Shown in pieces: positions 8,269 through 16,904 of a stretch of DNA of 59,821 bases (within the stretch, counting starts at the first letter, position 1; every line of letters begins with the position of its first letter). The notes below the pieces were generated by a model that saw only the letters and a program-made list of their open reading frames with translations, was not told the origin of the DNA and ran no database searches. Source of the DNA: Thermoanaerobaculia bacterium (lineage in GTDB: Bacteria; Acidobacteriota; Thermoanaerobaculia; Gp7-AA8); the NCBI GenBank assembly GCA_036390755.1, contig DASWBH010000020.1, positions 1 to 59,821 of the forward strand, in the 5' to 3' direction. Both the position numbers and the translations under genes were made by a program.

Positions 8269-9507
8269 ATGATGCGGCGCGCGCTGGCCTTGGTCCTTCT
8301 CCTCCCGGCCTGTGTCTCGTCGCCGCCGGCGGATCCGCGCGTCGACGATCAGGCCCGCATCACCATCGAGAGCCTGCGCAATACCATCGCTGCGAATCCG
8401 GACGACGGCGCCCGCATCTACGTCCTGGCGCAATATCTCGATCAGACCGGCGACACCACCGAAGCAATGCAGTGGCTGCGCGAGCTCGAGCGTCTTCACT
8501 GGCGGCACGGCGTCAACGATCACGACTTTCGCCACAGCGTCCCGCTTCACGAATACCGGACGATTCGCAATAGGCTGAACGCAGCCGAGCCGCACGTCGT
8601 CGCGAGCACGAAAGCGTTCACGATCCCGCAGCCGGATCTCGTCCCGGAAGGCATCGCCTGGGATGCGGCGACGGGAGACTTCTACGTGAGCAGCATCCAT
8701 CTGCGAAAGATCGTTCGCGTGTCGCGCGACGGAAAGTCGGCCGACTTCGTGCGTCAGGCGGAGGACGGAATCTTCGCGACGCTGGGCATGAAGGTCGACG
8801 CGCAGCGCCGGCTGCTGTGGGTCGCATCGAACGCGACTGAAGAGATGGCCGGCTACTCCCCGGCCGTCGACGGCCAATCGGCTCTGCTCGCGTACGATCT
8901 GCGCACGGGTCGCCTGGCGACGAAAGTCACGTTCGGCAGCGCGACCGAGCCGTCACTGCTCAACGATCTGGTCGTGCTCGACGACGGGTCGGTACTGATC
9001 ACCGACAGCGACGGCGGCGGCATCATGCGCGTGCGCCTCGGATCCGAGTCGATCGAACCGTGGATCCCGCCGCGCACGTTCCTGTTCCCGAACGGCATCG
9101 CGCGCACCGAGGGAGAGCCGTTCGTCTATGTTGCGGACTTCAACGGAGTATCGCGCGTCGACGTTCGCAGCCGCACGGTGACACCGGTCCGCGTGCCGGA
9201 GCCCGAGACACTCAGCGGCATCGACGGCCTGTACTGGTATCGCGGTGCGCTCATCGGAATTCAGAACGGCGTCGGCCGCGCGCGGGTGATCCGCATGAGT
9301 CTGGACGAGCCGCGCGAGTCGATCACGTCGATCGATGTCCTCGAGGAAGGCAACCCGCAATTCGACGAGCCGACGACCGGTGCGATCGCGGACGGCGCCT
9401 TTTTCTTTCTGGCGAACCCGCAACTGCGCTCGTTCGATGCGGACCACCGCATCTGGCCGCAGTCGCGTCTCCATGACGTCATCGTGCTGCGGTTGCAGCT
9501 CGACTGA
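8269..9507 (+). CDS. Lipoprotein with TPR-like N-terminus and SMP-30/gluconolactonase-like beta-propeller
   Basis: LLPA-C lipobox; PEGIAWD, LNDLVV, PNGIA, GIDGLYW, PTTGAI propeller motifs. Confidence 0.75.
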   Translation: MMRRALALVLLLPACVSSPPADPRVDDQARITIESLRNTIAANPDDGARIYVLAQYLDQTGDTTEAMQWLRELERLHWRHGVNDHDFRHSVPLHEYRTIRNRLNAAEPHVVASTKAFTIPQPDLVPEGIAWDAATGDFYVSSIHLRKIVRVSRDGKSADFVRQAEDGIFATLGMKVDAQRRLLWVASNATEEMAGYSPAVDGQSALLAYDLRTGRLATKVTFGSATEPSLLNDLVVLDDGSVLITDSDGGGIMRVRLGSESIEPWIPPRTFLFPNGIARTEGEPFVYVADFNGVSRVDVRSRTVTPVRVPEPETLSGIDGLYWYRGALIGIQNGVGRARVIRMSLDEPRESITSIDVLEEGNPQFDEPTTGAIADGAFFFLANPQLRSFDADHRIWPQSRLHDVIVLRLQLD

Positions 9508-9597
9508 CAAAGCCGGCTGAATCGGCTAGAATCCGCCCGCCCTTTCGGGTGCCGGGATGCGATTCGGCGCCCTTTCAGCACAATCAACGGAGGCACC

Positions 9598-12117
9598 ATG
9601 AAGCCCTGGATCATGCGCGCGCTGCTGCTCGCGATCGTTACGGTTCTCGCGACCGGCACCGTCGCGATGGCGCAGGAGTCTCACCCCGCGGCGAACCCCG
9701 CTGTCGCTCCGAACGAGTCCCAGCCGGCAGCGCATCCGACCGAAGCACGGAGCGAAGCGAGCCTGGTGCTGCCGGATTTGCGGAGCGTGTCGTTTCTCGG
9801 CATCAGCGGCCAGGCCCTCCTCACGGCCGGTCTCTTCATCTGCTTCCTCGGACTCGTGTTCGGTCTCGTCATCTACACCCAGCTCAAGAACCTCGCCGTG
9901 CATCGCTCGATGCTCGAGATCTCCGAGCTGATTTACGAGACCTGCAAGACGTACCTGATCACTCAGGGCAAGTTCATCCTGCTGCTGGAAGTCTTCATCG
10001 GCACGATCATGGTCGTTTACTTCGGCTTCCTGCGGCACTTCGAGCCGCTGCGCGTCGTCATCATCCTTCTCTTCAGCCTCATCGGCATCGGCGGCAGCTA
10101 CGGCGTGGCGTGGTTCGGCATCCGGATCAACACCTTCGCAAACTCGCGCACCGCCTTCGCGTCGCTGCGCGGCAAACCGTATCCGACCTACTCGATCCCG
10201 CTGAAAGCCGGCATGTCCATCGGCATGCTCCTGATCTCGACCGAGCTCGTGATCATGCTCTGCATCCTGCTGTGGGTGCCGCGCGATTACGCCGGACCGT
10301 GCTTCATCGGCTTCGCCATCGGCGAGTCGCTCGGCGCGGCCGCGCTGCGCATCGCCGGCGGCATCTTCACGAAGATCGCCGACATCGGCTCCGACCTCAT
10401 GAAGATCGTCTTCAACATCAAGGAAGACGACGCGCGCAACCCCGGCGTCATCGCCGATTGCACGGGTGACAATGCCGGCGACTCGGTCGGACCGACCGCC
10501 GACGGTTTCGAAACCTATGGCGTGACCGGCGTCGCGCTCATCACGTTCATCCTCCTCGCGGTGACCTCGCCGGGGGTGCAGACGCAGCTCCTCGTCTGGA
10601 TCTTCGCCATGCGCGTCATCATGATCATCACCGCCGGGCTGTCGTACTTCATCAACCAGGCCTTCGCCGGCGCGCGCTACGGCAACGCCGACTCGTTCAA
10701 CTTCGAAGCGCCGCTGACCACGCTGGTGTGGCTGACGTCGATGATCTCGATCGCCCTCACGTACGCGATCTCGTACGTGCTGATTCCGATCGTCGGCGGC
10801 GATCCGACGATGTGGTGGAAGCTGTCGACGATCATCACCTGCGGCACGCTGGCAGGCGCGATCATCCCCGAGCTCGTGAAGGTCTTCACCTCGACCGAGT
10901 CGCGTCACGTTCAGGAAGTCGTGACGGCGTCGCGTGAAGGCGGCGCATCGCTGAACATCCTGGCGGGCTTCATCGCCGGAAACTTCAGCGCCTATTGGAT
11001 GGGCCTCACCATCACCGTTCTGATGGGCGTTGCGGCGTGGATCAGCAGCCAATTCCCGACCGGCGCAGGAGCGCTGATGATCGCTCCGGCCGTCTTCTCC
11101 TTCGGTCTCGTCGCGTTCGGATTCCTCGGCATGGGGCCGGTGACGATCGCAGTCGACTCGTATGGTCCGGTCACCGACAACGCGCAGTCGGTCTTCGAGC
11201 TTTCCACCATCGAGACGCTCCCCGGAATCGAGGAGGAGATCCAGCGCGACTTCGGTTTTCGCCCGCAGTTCGAGCGCGGCAAGCAGTTCCTCGAGGAGAA
11301 CGACGGCGCCGGCAACACGTTCAAGGCCACGGCCAAGCCCGTGCTCATCGGCACAGCCGTCGTCGGCGCAACGACGATGATCTTCTCCATCATCGTCATC
11401 CTGACCAAGGGCCTCACGGTCGACATGGACAAGCTCTCGATCCTCCACCCGCAATTCCTCCTCGGACTCATCATGGGTGGTGCGGTGATCTACTGGTTCA
11501 CCGGCGCGGCCACGCAGGCCGTATCGACGGGCGCCTATCGCGCGGTCGAGTTCATCAAAGCGAATATCCATCTCGAATCCGGCGCGACGAAAGCTTCGGT
11601 CGAAGATTCGAAGAAAGTCGTCGAGATCTGTACGCAGTACGCGCAGAAGGGCATGCTCAACATCTTCCTGACCATATTCTTCTCGACGCTCGCCTTCGCC
11701 TGTTTCGAGCCATTCTTCTTCATCGGCTACCTGATCTCGATCGCGCTGTTCGGCCTCTACCAGGCGATTTTCATGGCCAACGCCGGCGGCGCGTGGGACA
11801 ACGCCAAGAAGATCGTCGAGGTCGAGCTGAAGGAGAAGGGTTCCGCGCTTCACGCTGCGACGATCGTCGGCGACACGGTCGGCGATCCGTTCAAAGACAC
11901 GTCGTCGGTGGCGATGAACCCGGTCATCAAGTTCACAACGCTGTTCGGACTGCTCGCCGTCGAGTTGGCGGTCGAGATGACGAAAGCCGGACAAGAAGGG
12001 CTTACTCGCATTCTGTCGGCGATTTTCCTGGCAATCGCGCTCGTGTTCGTCTATCGGTCGTTCTACGCAATGCGCATTCAAAGCGAGGAGCCCCAGCGCA
12101 AACCAGTCGTCGCTTAG
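9598..12117 (+). CDS. hppA: Membrane-bound pyrophosphatase, K+-independent type, probably H+-pumping
   Basis: GGIFTKIADIGSDLMK, EDDARNPGVIAD, GNTFKA (Lys at the Ala/Lys determinant), NAGGAWDNAKK, GDTVGDPFKDT. Confidence 0.95.
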   Translation: MKPWIMRALLLAIVTVLATGTVAMAQESHPAANPAVAPNESQPAAHPTEARSEASLVLPDLRSVSFLGISGQALLTAGLFICFLGLVFGLVIYTQLKNLAVHRSMLEISELIYETCKTYLITQGKFILLLEVFIGTIMVVYFGFLRHFEPLRVVIILLFSLIGIGGSYGVAWFGIRINTFANSRTAFASLRGKPYPTYSIPLKAGMSIGMLLISTELVIMLCILLWVPRDYAGPCFIGFAIGESLGAAALRIAGGIFTKIADIGSDLMKIVFNIKEDDARNPGVIADCTGDNAGDSVGPTADGFETYGVTGVALITFILLAVTSPGVQTQLLVWIFAMRVIMIITAGLSYFINQAFAGARYGNADSFNFEAPLTTLVWLTSMISIALTYAISYVLIPIVGGDPTMWWKLSTIITCGTLAGAIIPELVKVFTSTESRHVQEVVTASREGGASLNILAGFIAGNFSAYWMGLTITVLMGVAAWISSQFPTGAGALMIAPAVFSFGLVAFGFLGMGPVTIAVDSYGPVTDNAQSVFELSTIETLPGIEEEIQRDFGFRPQFERGKQFLEENDGAGNTFKATAKPVLIGTAVVGATTMIFSIIVILTKGLTVDMDKLSILHPQFLLGLIMGGAVIYWFTGAATQAVSTGAYRAVEFIKANIHLESGATKASVEDSKKVVEICTQYAQKGMLNIFLTIFFSTLAFACFEPFFFIGYLISIALFGLYQAIFMANAGGAWDNAKKIVEVELKEKGSALHAATIVGDTVGDPFKDTSSVAMNPVIKFTTLFGLLAVELAVEMTKAGQEGLTRILSAIFLAIALVFVYRSFYAMRIQSEEPQRKPVVA

Positions 12118-12126
12118 GAGGTTCAC

Positions 12127-12579
12127 ATGAGGCGTCTCACCGTTCTTTTCATCGTTCTTCTTGCAGCATCTGTTGTTCTCGCTTCCGACGTCGTGAAGCG
12201 GGGCGCAGCGATCGCGCCGGATTCGAAACTCGTTCCGCTTGCGGACGTGATCGCGAAACCGGCTGACTACGCGAAGGCGCCGGTCGTCGTCGAAGGCGTC
12301 GTCGCGAAAAATTGCGAGCATCGCGGCTGCTGGATGGAGCTCGCGCCTGCCGAGAAGACGGCCGGCATCCACGTCGAGTTCAAAGACGAAGGATTTTTCA
12401 TCCCGCTGAATTCGAAAGGAATGAAGGCGCGCGCCCAGGGAGTGGCCGAGGTGAAGGTGATTTCGAAGGAAGAGGCGGACGAGCTCGAGCACGACGGCGC
12501 GAAGATCGCGCGCAATGCCGACGGCACGGCGCAGCAGATCACGTTCGTCGCAACGGGCGTCGAGCTTCGGCGCGAGTAA
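12127..12579 (+). CDS. Secreted DUF4920-like protein
   Basis: Signal peptide; C-x4-C-W motif (NCEHRGCWMEL), FKDEGFFIP, FVATGVEL. Confidence 0.7.
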   Translation: MRRLTVLFIVLLAASVVLASDVVKRGAAIAPDSKLVPLADVIAKPADYAKAPVVVEGVVAKNCEHRGCWMELAPAEKTAGIHVEFKDEGFFIPLNSKGMKARAQGVAEVKVISKEEADELEHDGAKIARNADGTAQQITFVATGVELRRE

Positions 12580-12582
12580 CGA

Positions 12583-12951
12583 TTACCCGCCGTTGCGGAC
12601 TTCTTCGAAGAACGCGACGAGCTTCGGCGAAAAGGCGTTCCGGTTCAGCCGGAGCGCCTTTTTCATTTTGAGCGCAGCGCGGAAATCGTTCTTCGCCGCG
12701 CCGAGCATCGGATCCGGGTCCCTCGACAGCATCGCGCGCGTGTAGCGCACGGCCCCGCGCAGCAGATACGCCTCGGCTGAAGGACGCGAGCGGAGCATCG
12801 ACGTAAGCGCGCGATCCGACGCGTCGACATTCCCCGCTGCAAACGCCTGATACGCCGACTGCAGTTGCGCGTGCGCCGGATCGACATGCGGCTGTGCGAT
12901 CGCCACCGCGCCGAACACGACCAGAAACGCCATCACGATCACGCGTTTCAC
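12583..12951 (-). CDS. Secreted helical (TPR-like) hypothetical protein
   Basis: Signal peptide MKRVIVMAFLVVFGAVAIA; AYLLRGAVRY helix pattern; FSPKL tail. Confidence 0.6.
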   Translation of the reverse strand: MKRVIVMAFLVVFGAVAIAQPHVDPAHAQLQSAYQAFAAGNVDASDRALTSMLRSRPSAEAYLLRGAVRYTRAMLSRDPDPMLGAAKNDFRAALKMKKALRLNRNAFSPKLVAFFEEVRNGG

Positions 12952-13391
12952 CGAGACTCACCTTCGAGATCCGGCAACGGAGCGCGCGCGCCGTCTTCGA
13001 ACTGAACGTTGATCGATGCTTCCTTCCCCGGTGCGACGTCGATGACCCGCTGGACGGGCTCGCCGTATTCGGCATTCGCGAGCATCACCTGATAGCGCCC
13101 GGGCGCGAGGTCGACTGCGGACGGTGTCACGAACGACGTGTCGATCTCGACGGCGATTCCCGTCGACACGTTGCGGATGCTGGTCACGTTCGCCCACGGA
13201 TAGGCGTTGATGACGAGCCGGCCCGAGGTGGTCATGACGCTGGCCTGGACCGCGCGTGCTCTGTGGCGGACCCGATGCGCTCGCGTGAGCATGGCTGTGC
13301 CGCCGGCCCCGATTGCCAGGACGAGAACCACCGCGGCGGCCACGCCCGACATCGATCGGCTCCTTACACCGGCGAGCATCCCGTTGACCAT
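12948..13391 (-). CDS. Membrane-anchored PEGA-like hypothetical protein (start uncertain)
   Basis: TM segment then GRLVINAYPWANV...TPSAVDLAPGRYQV; 4-nt overlap with the next gene. Confidence 0.55.
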   Translation of the reverse strand: MVNGMLAGVRSRSMSGVAAAVVLVLAIGAGGTAMLTRAHRVRHRARAVQASVMTTSGRLVINAYPWANVTSIRNVSTGIAVEIDTSFVTPSAVDLAPGRYQVMLANAEYGEPVQRVIDVAPGKEASINVQFEDGARAPLPDLEGESR

Positions 13392-13485
13392 GCGGATAGT
13401 TCCTTGCCGCGCTACGCCCGACATTACATCGTGGCTTTCAACTGCGTTCCCAGCTGGATTTGTGCAGCAATTATATCCTCCGCGG

Positions 13486-13881
13486 ATGAACGAGAGGACC
13501 TTTTCCGTCCGAACGGCGCAGCGCGAGCAGATCCTCATCATCACGGATCACGTGCAGCGCGCTCTCGGCGAGCTCACCAGTAGCGACGGCGTGTGCACGA
13601 TCGTGACGCCGCACACGACGTGCGCGATCTCGGTCAACGAGAACGCCGATCCCGATGTGCCGGCCGATCTGACGAAAGCGCTGCGCGCGATGGTGCCGGA
13701 CATCTCGTTCCGGCACGGCGAAGGAAACTCCGACGCTCACCTGCTCTCGATGATCATCGGCACGTCGCTATCGTGGCCTTACCGGCGCGGAGAACTGGTC
13801 CTCGGAACGTGGCAGGGCATCTACTTCATCGAGCTCGACGGACCTCGGGAGCGAAAGGTGACCGTCTACGTGAATGACTGA
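13486..13881 (+). CDS. yjbQ: YjbQ/UPF0047 family protein
   Basis: PHTTCAISVNENADPDV, EGNSDAH, LGTWQGIYFIELDGPRER. Confidence 0.92.
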   Translation: MNERTFSVRTAQREQILIITDHVQRALGELTSSDGVCTIVTPHTTCAISVNENADPDVPADLTKALRAMVPDISFRHGEGNSDAHLLSMIIGTSLSWPYRRGELVLGTWQGIYFIELDGPRERKVTVYVND

Positions 13882-13899
13882 GGCCGGTTACCATGAGTC

Positions 13900-15450
13900 A
13901 TGCGTTCAATCTTGTTTGGCGTGGCCGTCGCGCTCTGCGCGACGTTGAGCGCGTCCGCACAAACCGAAACCGCGATCGGGAAGCTGTTGACCGCCGTCTC
14001 GCAAGGTGATGCGAAGAGCGCCGAAACCGCCGTCAGCATCGCCCTGAAATCGGACGATCCGCGCCTGCGCGCCGTGGCCGCGCGCGTCGCGAACGTCCGG
14101 CGCATGACTCCGCTCGCCGGCGCGATCAGCGCACTTGCCGATCGGGAGCCTGACGTCAACGCCGCACGCGAAGAGCTGCGCGCGATGGTCATGCTCGGCG
14201 GCTTGCGGCAGGTCGACCGCGCGTTCTACATCAGCGATCGTTTCAGCAAACGCCTCGACCCGGAAGTCGCGACCGCCGCGGCGCACGTCGGCGGGGCGGC
14301 AGCGGTTGACGCGTATTTCGCCGCGATGCTGAAGCGGAACATCGATCGCTACGACTTCTTCCTCGCCGCGCTCTGGAATCGCCCCGAGGCTGTTCCGGCT
14401 GTCGCGTCGCGCCTGCTGGCGAACGACGCCGACGGATTCGAGACGCTCCTGTACATGAACCGCTTCGAGCCGCGACTCCTCATCGACACGAACACACTGA
14501 AAGCTGCGCTCGTCAGCACGAATCTCGAACTGCGCGGCGATACGGTCTGGTATCTCCTCCATCAGGCGCTGAAGCCGAACGCGAACCTCGATCCGCAGCT
14601 GAAGGACGCCGTTGCGGCGATGCGCGTCCCGCGCGACGACGCCAGCCTCATCGCCTCGGTCGAGCTGCTCCGCCGCGCGATCGGTCTGCCCCATCGCGAG
14701 TTCAACGAATTCCGTTTCGCGCTGGCCAACGACACCACGCAGGTGCGCATTTATCTCGCGCCGAAAAACATCCTGAACCTGATGAGCGAGGGCGAGCGCC
14801 GCGCCGCGACGGCGCTGATCGGAGAAGACAAAGAAGGACAGAGCATCAATCTCCCGCCATTCGTCCTGCCCTCCCCGCTGCCGGAAGGAATGGCGGCTGC
14901 CATCATGAGCATCACCGGATGCCGCGAGGGATGGCTCGGCAACGCGAAAGTGAAGATCGACGAATCGGGCTACGTGACCTCGCGTGATCTGTCGAGCGTC
15001 AGCACGAGCGACGCCTGCAGGCGCGCGCTCGACATGCTGATGCAGTATTCGATCGTCGAGAACAGCCTGATCACGGCGCCGCGGCAGAGCGATTCGGTGT
15101 CGCTCGTTCGGGCGGCGAGCGGACCGATGTGCTTCGATGAAGCGCGCGTCGCATCGATTCCGATCGCTTACGTTTACGGCTCCCCGTCCATGCGGCTGCC
15201 GCGCGTCAGCCGTCGCGCGAATGTCGTCTGGCCGGCCGGCGTACCGAAGAGCTCCATCGACGTCGTCGTCGAGACGATGGTTACGGCGCAGGGCTGCGTG
15301 CGCGCGGCGAGGCTCATCAAGCCTGCTGCGAATGCGGCCGTCAACGCCGCGGCGCTCGTCGCGGCGCAGCAGTGGCAGTTCGAGCCGGCCATGATCAACA
15401 CGTTCCCGATCGATATGCTGTATGACGTGACGGTCGAGTTCCGGCCGTGA
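13900..15450 (+). CDS. Secreted protein with HEAT-like repeats and C-terminal TonB-C domain
   Basis: Signal peptide; helical repeats; C-terminal AALVAAQQWQFEPAMIN...V...VTVEF typical of TonB-C. Confidence 0.6.
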   Translation: MRSILFGVAVALCATLSASAQTETAIGKLLTAVSQGDAKSAETAVSIALKSDDPRLRAVAARVANVRRMTPLAGAISALADREPDVNAAREELRAMVMLGGLRQVDRAFYISDRFSKRLDPEVATAAAHVGGAAAVDAYFAAMLKRNIDRYDFFLAALWNRPEAVPAVASRLLANDADGFETLLYMNRFEPRLLIDTNTLKAALVSTNLELRGDTVWYLLHQALKPNANLDPQLKDAVAAMRVPRDDASLIASVELLRRAIGLPHREFNEFRFALANDTTQVRIYLAPKNILNLMSEGERRAATALIGEDKEGQSINLPPFVLPSPLPEGMAAAIMSITGCREGWLGNAKVKIDESGYVTSRDLSSVSTSDACRRALDMLMQYSIVENSLITAPRQSDSVSLVRAASGPMCFDEARVASIPIAYVYGSPSMRLPRVSRRANVVWPAGVPKSSIDVVVETMVTAQGCVRAARLIKPAANAAVNAAALVAAQQWQFEPAMINTFPIDMLYDVTVEFRP

Positions 15451-15469
15451 CGATCCACTCAGCCTGGTC

Positions 15470-16900
15470 ATGGCCGATCGATTCGATGTCGTAGTCGTCG
15501 GCGGCGGCACAGCCGGCCTCGTCACCGCATCCGGCTGCGCGCGCCTCGGCCGGGCGGTCGCGCTGATCGAGAAAGAAGAGCTGGGCGGCGACTGCCTCTG
15601 GACCGGCTGCGTGCCGACGAAAGCGCTCGTCGCAAGCGCCAGGCTCGCTCACCAGATGCGCAACGCCAGCGCGTACGGACTCGAAACTCACGAGCCGAAG
15701 ATCGCGCCGGCGGCGATCATGGACTCGATGCGCGAAGCGCGTCTCGTTGCTTCGAAGAACGACGATCCAGAGAAGTTCCGCAAGCTCGGCGTCGAAGTCA
15801 TCAAAGGAAAGGCCCGGCTAGTCTCGCGCAGCCAGGTCGATGTCGACGGACGGCGATTGACCGGGAAGGACATCGTGATCGCCACCGGCTCGCGCACCTC
15901 CGTGCCGCCGATCCAGGGGCTCGCCGAGACCGGATTCATCGATCACGTCTCCTTCCTGCAGCGCAACGACTTCCCTTCTTCGCTCCTGATCCTCGGCGGC
16001 GGCTACATCGGAGTCGAATTCGCGCAGATCTTCCGCCGCTTCGGCTGCGACGTGACGGTCATCGAAATGGCCAGCGAGATCGTGAACAAGGAGGACCGCG
16101 AAGTCATCGCGCGCGTCCACGAGATCCTCACAAGCGAAGGCATCGAGATCCGTACCGGCTGGGCAGTGAAGTCGGTCCGGCGGGACGGCGGCAGGAAAGT
16201 CGCGGTCATCGAGAACAAGAACGGCGAGAGCCGCGAAGTCGCAGCAGCCGAGGTATTCGTCGCGTCAGGACGACGCGGAAACATTGAGAACCTCGGGCTG
16301 GAAGAAGCCGGAGTGAAGACGGACCGCACGTATGTCGTCGTCGACAAATATCTTCAGACCTCCGTTCCGCGCATCTGGGCGTGTGGCGACGTTCATGGCG
16401 CGCTGCAATTCACGCATGTCGCGGCATACGAAGCGGTGAAACTCGTGCGCAACATGCTCTTCCCGGGCCGCTCAGCCGTCGATTACAACGACGTGCCCTG
16501 GGCGCTGTTCACGGATCCTGAAGTCGGCCACATCGGGATGACCGAACAGCAGGCGATCGACGCGCTCGGAGCAGAGGGCGTCCGCGCGTACTGCGTCGAG
16601 ATGGAGGATGTCGATCGCGCCGTCGTCGATCGCGCGACCGCCGGCTTCGTCAAGATCGTTTGCGACCGCAAAGGCGCCATCCTCGGCGCGCATGTGATGG
16701 CATCGAACGCGTCGACGCTGATCGAAGAGATCGTGCTGGCGCGCAGAAAGGGCATTCGCGTCCAGACGCTCGCCCAGCTCGTCTCGCCGTATCCGTCGAT
16801 GGCCGACGCGATCCAGAAAGCGGCTGCGATGCACTACCAGCAGCTCGGCGAAAGCTGGATCGGAAGAGTGGGAAAGCGCATTGCTGCGCTTTCCCAGTAG
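15470..16900 (+). CDS. Pyridine nucleotide-disulfide oxidoreductase, class I (DLD/MerA-like, no C-terminal Cys pair)
   Basis: GGGTAG, GGDCLWTGCVPTK, GGGYIGVE, WACGDV, FTDPEVGHIG. Confidence 0.9.
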   Translation: MADRFDVVVVGGGTAGLVTASGCARLGRAVALIEKEELGGDCLWTGCVPTKALVASARLAHQMRNASAYGLETHEPKIAPAAIMDSMREARLVASKNDDPEKFRKLGVEVIKGKARLVSRSQVDVDGRRLTGKDIVIATGSRTSVPPIQGLAETGFIDHVSFLQRNDFPSSLLILGGGYIGVEFAQIFRRFGCDVTVIEMASEIVNKEDREVIARVHEILTSEGIEIRTGWAVKSVRRDGGRKVAVIENKNGESREVAAAEVFVASGRRGNIENLGLEEAGVKTDRTYVVVDKYLQTSVPRIWACGDVHGALQFTHVAAYEAVKLVRNMLFPGRSAVDYNDVPWALFTDPEVGHIGMTEQQAIDALGAEGVRAYCVEMEDVDRAVVDRATAGFVKIVCDRKGAILGAHVMASNASTLIEEIVLARRKGIRVQTLAQLVSPYPSMADAIQKAAAMHYQQLGESWIGRVGKRIAALSQ

Positions 16901-16904
16901 CGAA

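Noticed and set aside
9526-12492. 988-aa minus-strand ORF, and similar long ORFs at 35023-36834, 42906-45404, 53509-55095 and 28363-29955
   Set aside because: Antisense shadows of well-supported genes, expected with high-GC codon bias; no motifs
15470-16900. Mercuric reductase merA
   Set aside because: No C-terminal Cys-Cys, no N-terminal HMA domain, no mer genes nearby
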